The position numbers and the translations under genes are program-made. From Eledone cirrhosa (taxonomy: Eukaryota): DNA of 64,000 nt. Of the stretch, positions 1-11,029 are shown piece by piece (positions within the stretch are counted from its first letter, which is position 1; each line of letters begins with the position of its first letter). The stretch covers positions 166,842,001 through 166,906,000 of the forward strand of contig OZ024742.1 of assembly GCA_964016885.1 (NCBI GenBank), given 5' to 3'. Below the pieces are notes generated by a model. The model saw only the letters and a program-made list of their open reading frames with translations. It was not told the origin of the DNA and made no database searches.

Positions 1-60
1 AAAAATCATTGGGAGATTTGTAAAAAAAATCAGGGAGAGATAATTTGTAAAAAAAATCAA

Positions 61-282
61 GGGGAGATAATTTCCAGCCTTCCAAGGGGAGGTAATATCT
101 AGCCGTCCAAGGGGAGATAATTTCCAGCCGTCCAAGGGGAGATAATTTCCAGCCGTCCAAGGGTAGATAATATCCAGCCGTCCAAGTAGACATTTTCCAG
201 CCGTCCAAGGAGAGGTAATTTCTAGCCGTCCAAGAGGAGATAAATTCCAGCCTCCAAGGGGAGATAATTTCCAGCCAGCCAA
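61..282 (+). repeat. Representative run of monomer A with fixed-order variant cassette 1
   Basis: Order: ...ggggaggtaatatctag, 2 x canonical, gggtagataatatcc, gtagacattttcc, ggagaggtaatttctag, gataaattccagcctcc, ccagccagccaa. The same order recurs at ~1410, 3010, 5260, 6260, 8730, 11665, 12965, 15885 and onward to ~62465. Confidence 0.9.
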
Positions 283-3200
283 GGAGAGATAATTTGTAAA
301 AAAATCAGGGGGAGATAATTTGTAAAAAAAATCAGGGGGAGATAATTTGTAAAAAAAAATCAGGGGGAGATAATTTGTAAAAAAAATCAAGGGGAGATAA
401 TTTGCAGCCGTCCAAGGGGAGATAATTTTCAGCCGTCCAAGGAGAGGTAATTTCTAGCCGTCCAAGGTGAGATAATATCCAGCCGTCCAAGGGGAGATAA
501 TTTCCAGCCGTCCAAGGGGAGATAATTTAAAAAAAAAAACAGGCGAAGATAATTTGTAAAAAAAAAATCAGGGGGAGATAATTTGTAAAAAAAAATCAGG
601 GGGAGATAATTTGTAAAAAAAAATCAGAGGGAGGTAATTTGTAAAAAAAATCAAGGGGAGATAATTTCCAGCCGTCCAAGGGAAGATAATTTCCAGCCGT
701 CCAAGAAGAGATAATTTTAAAAAAAAATCAGGCGGAGATAATTTGTAAAAAAAATCAGGGGGAGATAATTTGTAAAAAAAAATCAGGGGGAGATAATTTG
801 TAAAAAAAATCAAGGGGAGATAATTTCCAGCCGTCCAAGGGGAGATAATTTTCAGCCGTCCAAGGGGAGATAATTTCCAGCCGTCCAAGGGGAGATAATT
901 TTAAAAAAAAATCAGGCGGAGATAATTTGTAAAAAAAATCAAGGGGAGATAATTTGCAACCGTCCAAGGGGACATAATTTTCAGTCGTCCAAGGAGAGGT
1001 AATTTCTAGCCGTACAAGGGGAGATAATTTCCAGCCGTCCAAGGGGAGATAATTTCCAGCCGTCCAAGGGGAGACAATTTTTTTTTTAAAATCAGGCGGA
1101 GATAATTTGTAAAAAAAAATCAGGGGGAGATAATTTGTAAAAAAAAATCAGGGGGAGATAATTTGTAAAAAAAAATCAGGGGGAGATAATTTGTAAAAAA
1201 ATCAAGGGGAGATAATTTCCAGCCGTCCAAGGGAAGATAATTTCCAGCCCTCCAAGGGGCTATAATTTCCAGCGTCCAAGGGGAGATAATTTCCAGCCAG
1301 CGAAGGGGAGATAATTGTTTCAAAAAAATCATTGGGAGATTTGTAAAAAAAATCAGGGGGAGATAATTAATAAAAAAAATCAAGGGGAGATAATTTCCAG
1401 CCGTCCAAGGGGAGGTAATATCTAGCCGTCCAAGGGGAGATAATTTCCAGCCGTCCAAGGGGAGATAATTTCCAGCCGTCCAAGGGTAGATAATATCCAG
1501 CCGTCCAAGGGGACATATTTTCCAGCCGTCCAAGGAGAGGTAATTTCTAGCCGTCCAAGGGGAGATAAATTCCAGCCTCCAAGGGGAGATAATTTCCAGC
1601 CAGCCAAGGGGAGATAATTTGTAAAAAAATCAGGGGGAGATAATTTGTAAAAAAAATCAGGGGTAGATAATTTGTAAAAAAAAATCAGGGGGAGATAATT
1701 TGTAAAAAAAATCAGGGGGAGATAATTTGTAAAAACAAAATCAAGGGCAGATAATTTCCAGCTGTCCAAGGGGAGATAATTTCCAGCCGTGCAAGGGGAG
1801 ATAATTTCCAGCCGTCCAAGGGGAGATAATTTCCATCCTTCCAAGGGGAGATAATCTCCAGCCGTCCAAGGGGAGATAATTTCCCGCCAGCCAAGGGAAG
1901 ATAATTTTTAAAAAAATCAGGCGGAGATTGTAAAAAAAATCAGGGGAGATAATTTGTAAAAAAATCAGGGGGAGATAATTTGTTAAAAAAAAATCAGGGG
2001 AGATAATTTGTAAAAAAAAATCAGGGGGAGATAATTTGTAAAAAAAAATCAGGGGGAGATAATTTGTAAAAAAAATCAGGGGTAGATAATTTGTAAAAAA
2101 AAATCAGGGGGAGATAATTTGTAAAAAAAAATCAGGGGGAGATAATTTGTAAAAAAATCAAGGGGAGATAATATGCAGCCGTCCAAGGGGAGATAATTTT
2201 CAGCCGTCCAAGGAGAGGTAATTTCTAGCCGTCCAAGGGGAGATAATTTCCAGCCGTCCAAGGTGAGATAATTTCCAGCCGTCCAAGGGGAGATAGTTTT
2301 TTTCAAAAAATCAGGCGGAGATAATTTGTAAAAAAAAAATCAGGGGGAGATAATTTGTAAAAAAAAATCAGGGGGAGATAATTTGTAAAAAAAATCAGGG
2401 GGAGATAATTTGTAAAAAAAATCAAGGGGAGATAATTTCCAGCCGTCCAAGGGAAGATAATTTCAAGCCCTCCAAGGGGCTATAATTTCCAGTGTCCAAG
2501 GGGAGATAATTTCCAGCCAGCGAAGGGGAGATCATTTTTTTTTAAAAATCAGGGGGAGATTTGTAAAAAAAATCAGGGGGAGATAATTTGTAAAAAAAAT
2601 CAAAGGGAGATAATTTCCAGCCGTCCAAAGAGAGATAATTTCTAGCCGTCCAAGGGGAGATAATTTCGAGCCAAGGGGAGATAATTTCCAGCCGTCCAAG
2701 GGGAGATAATTTTTTAAAAAATTAGGTGGAGATAATTTGTAAAAAAAATCAGGGGGAGATAATTTGTAAAAACAAAATCAAGGGCAGATAATTTCCAGCT
2801 GTCCAAGGGGAGATAATTTCCAGCCGTGCAAGGGGAGATAATTTCCAGCCGTCCAAGGGGAGATAATTTCCCGCCAGCCAAGAGAAGATAATTTTTTAAA
2901 AAATCAGGCGGAGATTGTAAAAAAAATCAGGGGGAGATAATTTGTAAAAAAATCAGGGGGAGATAATTTGTAAAAAAATCAAGGGGAGATAATTTCCAGC
3001 TGTCCAAGGGGAGGTAATATCTAGCCGTCCAAGGGGAGATAATTTCCAGCCGTCCAAGGGGAGATAATTTCCAGCCGTCCAAGGGTAGATAATATCCAGC
3101 CGTCCAAGGAGACATATTTTCCAGCCGTCCAAGGAGAGGTAATTTCTAGCCGTCCAAGTGGAGATAAATTCCAGCCTCCAAGGGGAGATAATTTCCAGCC

Positions 3201-6200
3201 AGCCAAGGGGAGATAATTTGTAAAAAAATCAGGGGGAGATAATTTGTAAAAAAAATCAGGGGTAGATAATTTGTAAAAAAAAATCAGGGGGAGATAATTT
3301 GTAAAAAGAATCAAGGGGAGATAATTTGCAGCCGTCCAAGGGGAGATAATTTTTAGCCGTCCAAGGAGAGGTAATTTCTAGCCGTCCAAGGTGAGATAAT
3401 ATCCAGCCGTCCAAGGGGAGATAATTTCCAGCCGTCCAAGAGGAGATAATTTTTAAAAAAAAACAGGCGGAGATAATTTGTAAAAAAAAAATCAGGGTGA
3501 GATAATTTGTAAAAAAAAATCAGGGGGAGATAATTTGTAAAAAAAAATCAGGGGGAGGTAATTTATAAAAAAAATCAAGGGGAGATAATTTCCAGCCGTC
3601 CAAGGGAAGATAATTTCCAGCCCTCCAAGGGGCTATAATTTCCAGCGTCCAAGGGGAGATAATTTCCAGCCAGCGAAGGGGAGATAATTTTTTTTTTTTT
3701 AATCAGGGGGACATAATTTGTAAAAAAAATAAGGGGGAGATAATTTGTAAAAAAAATCAAGGGGAGATAATTTGTAAAAAAAAATCAGGGGGAGATAATT
3801 TGTAAAAAAAAATCAGGGGGAGATAATTTGTAAAAAAAATCAAGGGGAGATAATTTCCAGCCGTCCAAGGGGAGATAATTTTCAGCCGTCCAAGGGGAGA
3901 TAATTTCCCGCCAGCCAAGGGAAGATAATATTTAAAAAAATCAGGCGGAGATAATTTGTAAAAAAAATCAGGGGGAGATAGTTTGTAAAAAAATCAGGGG
4001 GAGATAATTTGTAAAAAAAAATCAGGGGGAGATTTGTAAAAAAAATCAGGGGGAGATAATTTGTAAAAAAAAATCAGGGGTAGATAATTTGTAAAAAAAA
4101 ATCAGGGGTAGATAATTTGTAAAAAAAAATCGGGGAGATAATTTGTAAAAAAAATCAATTGGAGATAATTTCCAGCCGTCCAAGGGGAGATAATTTTCAG
4201 CCGTCCAAGGAGAGGTAATTTCTAGACGTCCAAGGGGAGATAATTTCCAGCCGTCCAATGGGAGATAATTTCCAGCCGTCCAAGGGGAGATAATTTTTTA
4301 AAAAAAATCAGGCGGAGATAATTTGTAAAAAAAATCAAAGGGAGATAATTTCCAGCCGTCCAAAGAGAGATAATTTGCAGCCGTCCAAGGGGAGATAATT
4401 TTCAGTCGTCCAAGGAGAGGTAATTTCTAGCCGTCCAAGGGGAGATAATTTCCAGCCGTCCAAGGGGAGATAATTTCCAGCCGTCCAAGGGGAGATAATT
4501 TTTTTAAAAAAATCAGGCGGAGATAATTTGTAAAACAAATCAGGGGGAGATAATTTGTAAAAAAAATCAGGGGGAGATAATTTGTAAAAAAAAATCAGGG
4601 GGAGATAATTTGTAAAAAAATCAAGGAGAGATAATTTCCAGCCGTCCAAGGGAAGATAATTTCAAGCCCTCCAAGGGGCTATAATTTCCAGTGTCCAAGG
4701 GGAGATAATTTCCAGCCAGCGAAGAGGAGATAATTTTTTTTTTTAAATCAGGGGGAGATTTGTAAAAAAAATCAAGGGGAGACAATTTGTAAAAAAAATC
4801 AAAGGGAGATAATTTCCAGCCGTCCAAAGAGAGATAATTTCTAGCCGTCCAAGGGGAGATAATTTCGAGCCAAGGTGGAGATAATTTCCAGCCGTACAAG
4901 GGGAGATAATTTTTTAAAAAATCAGGTGGAGATAATTTGTAAAAAAAATCAGGGGGAGATAATTTGTAAAAACAAAATCAAGGGCAGATAATTTCCAGCT
5001 GTCCAAGGGGAGATAATTTCCAGCCGTGCAAGGGGAGATAATTTCCAGCCGTCCAAGGGGAGATAATTTCCATCCTTCCAAGGGGAGATAATTTCCAGCC
5101 GTCCAAGGGGAGATAATTACCCGCCAGCCAAGGGAAGATAATTTTTTACAAAATCAGGCGGAGATTGTAAAAAAAATCAGGGGGAGATAATTTGTAAAAA
5201 AATCAGGGGGAGATAATTTGTAAAAAAATCAAGGGGAGATAATTTCCAGCCGTCCAAGGGGAGGTAATATCTAGCCGTCCAAGGGGAGATAATTTCCAGC
5301 CGTCCAAGGGGAGATAATTTCCAGCCGTCCAAGGGTAGATAATATCCAGCCGTCCAAGGAGACATATTTTCCAGCCGTCCAAGGAGAGGTAATTTCTAGC
5401 CGTCCAAGGGGAGATAAATTCCAGCCTCCAAGGGGACATAATTTCCAGCCAGCCAAGGGGAGATAATTTGTAAAAAAATCAGGGGGAGATAATTTTTAAA
5501 AAAAATCAGGGGGAGATAATTTGTAAAAAAAAATCAGGGGGAGATAATTTGTAAAAAAAATCAGGGGGAGATAATTTGTAAAAAAAATCAAGGGGAGATA
5601 ATTTCCAGCCGTCCAAGGGGAGATAATTTTCAGCCGTCCAAGGGGAGATAATTTCCCGCCAGCCAAGGGAAGATAATATTTAAAAAATGAGGCGGAGATA
5701 ATTTGTAAAAAAAATCAGGGGGAGATAATTTGTAAAAAAATCAGGGGGAGATAATTTGTAAAAAAAAATCAGGGGGAGATAATTTGTAAAAAAAATCAGG
5801 GGGAGATAATTTGTAAAAAAAATCAGGGGTAGATAATTTGTAAAAAAAAATCAGGGGGAGATAATTTGTAAAAAAAATCAAGGGGAGATAATTTCCAGCC
5901 GTCCAAGGGAAGATAATTTCAAGCCCTCCAAGGGGCTATAATTTCCAGTGTCCAAGGGGAGATAATTTCCAGCCAGCGAAGGGGAGATAATTTTTTTTTA
6001 AAAATCAGGGGGAGATTTGTAAAAAAAATCAGGGGGAGATAATTTGTAAAAAAAATCAAGGGGAGATAATTTCCAGCCGTCGAAGGGAAGATAATTTCCA
6101 GCCCTCCAAGGGGCTATAATTTCCAGCGTCCAAGGGGAGATAATTTCCAGCCAGCGAAGGGGAGATAATTTTTTAAAAAAAATCATTGGGAGATTTGTAA

Positions 6201-8032
6201 AAAAAATCAGGGAGAGATAATTTGTAAAAAAAATCAAGGGGAGATAATTTCCAGCCGTCCAAGGGGAGGTAATATCTAGCCGTCCAAGGGGAGATAATTT
6301 CCAGCCGTCCAAGGGGAGATAATTTCCAGCCGTCCAAGGGTAGATAATATCCAGCCGTCCAAGTAGACATTTTCCAGCCGTCCAAGGAGAGGTAATTTCT
6401 AGCCGTCCAAGGGAAGATAAATTCCAGCCTCCAAGGGGAGATAATTTCCAGCCAGCCAAGGGGAGATAATTTGTAAAAAAATCAGGGGGAGATAATTTGT
6501 AAAAAAAATCAGGGGGAGATAATTTGTAAAAAAAAATCAGGGGGAGATAATTTGTAAAAAAAAATCAGGGGGAGATAATTTGTAAAAAAAAATCAGGGGG
6601 AGATAATTTGTAAAAAAAATCAAGGGGAGATAATTTCCAGCCGTCCAAGGGGAGATAATTTTCAGCCGTCCAAGGGGAGATAATTTCCAGCCGTCCAAGG
6701 GGAGATAATTTCCATCCTTCCAAGGGGAGATAATTTCCAGCCTTCCAAGGGGAGATAATTTTCAGCCGTCCAAGGGGAGATAATTTCCCGCCAGCCAAGG
6801 GAAGATAATATTTTAAAAAATCAGCCGGAGATAATTTGTAAAAAAAATCAGGGGGAGATAATTTGTAAAAAAATCAGGGGGAGATAATTTGTAAAAAAAA
6901 AATCAGGGGGAGATAATTTGTAAAAAAAATCAGGAGGAGATAATTTGTAAAAAAAAATCAGGGGTAGATAATTTGTAAAAAAAAATCAGGGGGAGATAAT
7001 TTGTAAAAAAAAAATCAGGGGGAGATAATTTGTAAAAAAAATCAAGGGGAGATAATTTCCAGCCGTCCAAGGAGAGATAATTTTAAAAAAAAATCAGGCG
7101 GAGATGATTTGTAAAAAAAAATCAAGGGGAGATAATTTGTAAAAAAAAATCAGGGGGAGATAATTTGTAAAAAAAATCAAGGGGAGATAATTTCCAGCCG
7201 TCCAAGGGAAGATAATTTCCAGCACTCCAAGGGGCTATAATTTCCAGTGTCCAAGGGGAGATAATTTCCAGCCAGCGAAGGGGAGATAATTTTTTTAAAA
7301 AAATCAGGGGGAGATATGTAAAAAAAATCAGAGGGAGATAATTTCTAAAAAAAATCAAAGGGAGATAATTTCCAGCCGTCCAAAGAGAGATAATTTCTAG
7401 CCGTCCAAGGGGAGATAATTTCCAGCCGTCCAAGGGGAGATAATTATTTAAAAAATCAGGTGGACATAATTTGTAAAAAAAATCAGGGGGAGATAATTTG
7501 TAAAAACAAAATCAAGGGCAGATAATTTCCAGCTGTCCAAGGGGAGATAATTTCCAGCCGTGCAAGGGGAGATAATTTCCAGCCGTCCAAGGGGAGATAA
7601 TTTCCATCCTTCCAAGGGGAGATAATCTCCAGCCGTCCAAGGGGAGATAATTTCCCGCCAGCAAAGGGAAGATAATTTTTAAAAAAATCAGGCGGAGATT
7701 GTAAAAAAAATCAGGGGGAGATAATTTGTAAAAAAATCAGGGGGAGATAATTTGTAAAAAAAAAATCAGGGGAGATAATTTGTAAAAAAAAATCAGGGGG
7801 AGATAATTTGTAAAAAAAAAATCAGGGGGAGATAATTTGTAAAAAAAATCAGGGGGAGATAATTTGTAAAAAAAAATCAAGGGGAGATAATTTGTAAAAA
7901 AAATCAGGGGGAGATAATTAGTAAAAAAATCAAGGGGAGATAATTTCCAGCCGTCCAAGGGGAGGTAATATCTAGCCGTCCAAGGGGAGATAAATTCCAG
8001 CCTCCAAGGGGAGATAATTTCCAGCCAGCCAA

Positions 8033-8251
8033 GGGGAGATAATTTGTAAAAAAATCAGGGGGAGATAATTTGTAAAAAAAATCAGGGGGAGATAATTTGT
8101 AAAAAAAAATCAGGGGGAGATAATTTGTAAAAAAAATCAGGGGGAGATAATTTGTAAAAAAAAATCAGGGGGAGATAATTTGTAAAAAAAAATCAGGGGG
8201 AGATAATTTGTAAAAAAAAATCAGGGGGAGATAATTTGTAAAAAAAATCAA
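8033..8251 (+). repeat. Representative run of monomer B (A-tract monomer, 8 copies)
   Basis: GGGGGAGATAATTTGT(A7-9)TCA repeated. The last copy ends TCAA before the switch to monomer A. Confidence 0.9.
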
Positions 8252-11029
8252 GGGGAGATAATTTCCAGCCGTCCAAGGGGAGATAATTTCCAGCCGTCCA
8301 AGGGGAGGTAATATCTAGCCGTCCAAGGGGAGATAATTTCCAGCCGTCCAAGAGGAGATAATTTCCAGCCGTCCAAGGGAAGATAATTTCAAGCCCTCCA
8401 AGGGGCTATAATTTCCAGTGTCCAAGGGGAGATAATTTCCAGCCAGCGAAGGGGAGATAATTTTTTTTTAAAAATCAGGGGGAGATTTGTAAAAAAAATC
8501 AGGGGGAGATAATTTGTAAAAAAAATCAAGGGGAGATAATTTCCAGCCGTCGAAGGGAAGATAATTTCCAGCCCTCCAAGGGGCTATAATTTCCAGCGTG
8601 CAAGGGGAGATAATTTCCAGCCAGCGAAGGGGAGATAATTTTAAAAAAAAAATCATTGGGAGATTTGTAAAAAAAATCAGGGAGAGATAATTTGTAAAAA
8701 AAATCAAGGGGAGATAATTTCCAGCCGTCCAAGGGGAGGTAATATCTAGCCGTCCAAGGGGAGATAATTTCCAGCCGTCCAAGGGGAGATAATTTCCAGC
8801 CGTCCAAGGGTAGATAATATCCAGCCGTCCAAGTAGACATTTTCCAGCCGTCCAAGGAGAGGTAATTTCTAGCCGTCCAAGGGGAGATAAATTCCAGCCT
8901 CCAAGGGGAGATAATTTCCAGCCAGCCAAGGGGAGATAATTTGTAAAAAAATCAGGGGGAGATAATTTGTAAAAAAAATCAGGGGGAGATAATTTGTAAA
9001 AAAAATCAGGCGGAGATAATTTGTAAAAAAAAATCAGGGGGAGATAATTTGTAAAAAAAAATCAGGGGGAGATAATTTGTAAAAAAAATCAAGGGGAGAT
9101 AATTTCCAGCCGTCCAAGGGGAGATAATTTTCAGCCGTCCAAGGGGAGATAATTTCCAGCCGTCCAAGGGGAGATAATTTCCATCCTTCCAAGGGGAGAT
9201 AATTTCCAGCCGTCCAAGGGGAGATAATTTCCCGCCAACCAAGGGAAGATAATTTTTTAAAAAATCAGGCGGAGATTGTAAAAAAAATCAGGGGGAGATA
9301 ATTTGTAAAAAAATCAGGGGGAGATAATTTGTAAAAAAAAATCAGGGGGAGATAATTTGTAAAAAAAATCAGGGGGAGATAATTTGTAAAAAAAAATCAA
9401 GGGGAGATAATTTGTACAAAAAATCAGGGGTATATAATTTGTAAAAAAAAATCAGGGGGAGATAATTTGTAAAAAAAAATCAGGGGGAGATAATTTGTAA
9501 AAAAAATCAAGGGAGATAATTTGCAGCCGTCCAAGGAGAGATAATTTTCAGCCGTCCAAGGAGAGGTAATTTCTAGCTGTCCAAGGTGAGATAATATCCA
9601 GCCGTCCAAGGGGAGATAATTTCCAGTCGTCCAAGGGTAGATAATTTTAAAATAAAAACAGGCGAAGATAATTTGTAAAAAAAAAATCAGGGGGAGATAA
9701 TTTGTAAAAAAAAATCAGGGGGAGATAATTTGTAAAAAAAAATCAGGGGGAGGTAATTTGTAAAAAAAATCAAGGGGAGATAATTTCCAGCCGTCCAAGG
9801 GAAGATAATTTCCAGCCCTCCAAGGGGCTATAATTTCCAGCGTCCAAGGGGAGATAATTTCCAGCCAGCGAAGGGGAGATAATTTTTTTTTTTTTAAATC
9901 AGGGGGACATAATTTGTAAAAAAAATCAGGGGGAGATAATTTGTAAAAAAAATCAAGGGGAGATAATTTGTAAAAAAAAATCAGGGGGAGATAATTTGTA
10001 AAAAAAATCAGGGGGAGATAATTTGTAAAAAAAATCAAGGGGAGATAATTTGTAAAAAAAAATCAAGGGGAGATAATTTCCAGCCGTCCAAGGGGAGATA
10101 ATTTTCAGCCGTCCAAGGGGAGATAATTTCCCGCCAGCCAATGAAAGATATTTAAAAAAATCAGGCGGAGATAATTTGTAAAAAAAATCAGGGGGAGATA
10201 ATTTGTAAAAAAATCAGGGGGAGATAATTTGTAAAAAAAAAATCAGGGGGAGATAATTTGTAAAAAAAATCAGGGGGAGATAATTTGTAAAAAAAAATCA
10301 GGGGGAGATAATTTGTAAAAAAAATCAGGGGGAGATAATTTGTAAAAAAAATCAATTGGAGATAATTTCCAGCCGTCCAAGGGGAGATAATTTTCAGCCG
10401 TCCAAGGAGAGGTAATTTCTAGACGTCCAAGGGGAGATAATTTCCAGCCGTCCAAGGGGAGATAATTTCCAGCCGTCCAAGGGTAGATAATATCCAGCCG
10501 TCCAAGGAGACATATTTTCCAGCTTTCCAAGGAGAGGTAATTTCTAGCCGTCCAAGGGGAGATAAATTCCAGCCTCCAAGGGGAGATAATTTCCAGCCAG
10601 CCAAGGGGAGATAATTTGTAAAAAAATCAGGGGGAGATAATTTGTAAAAAAAATCAGGGGGAGATAATTTGTAAAAAAAATCAGGGGGAGATAATTTGTA
10701 AAAAACATCAAGGGGAGATAATTTCCAGCCGTCCAAGGGGAGATAATTTTCAGCCGTCCAAGGGGAGATAATTTCCCGCCAGCCAAGGGAAGATAATATT
10801 TAAAAAATGAGGCGGAGATAATTTGTAAAAAAAATCAGGGGGAGATAATTTGTAAAAAAATCAGGGGGAGATAATTTGTAAAAAAAAAATCAGGGGGAGA
10901 TAATTTGTAAAAAAAATCAGGGGGAGATAATTTGTAAAAAAAAATCAGGGGTAGATAATTTGTAAAAAAAAATCAGGGGGAGATAATTTGTAAAAAAAAT
11001 CAGGGGGAGATAATTTGTAAAAAAAAATC

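Noticed and set aside
61-85. NF-kB/Rel site in GGGGAGATAATTTCC
   Set aside because: The spacing between GGG and TTCC is longer than the 10-11 bp kB consensus.
891-920. TTTTAAAA/TTAA junctions as transposon target sites or footprints
   Set aside because: There is no inserted element, terminal repeat or target-site duplication. The motif is simply the junction monomer lacking the G of TTTGT.
1256-1270. TATAAT (in GGGGCTATAATTT) as a bacterial -10 promoter box
   Set aside because: It is a two-base variant of the repeat core with no -35 element and no downstream gene.
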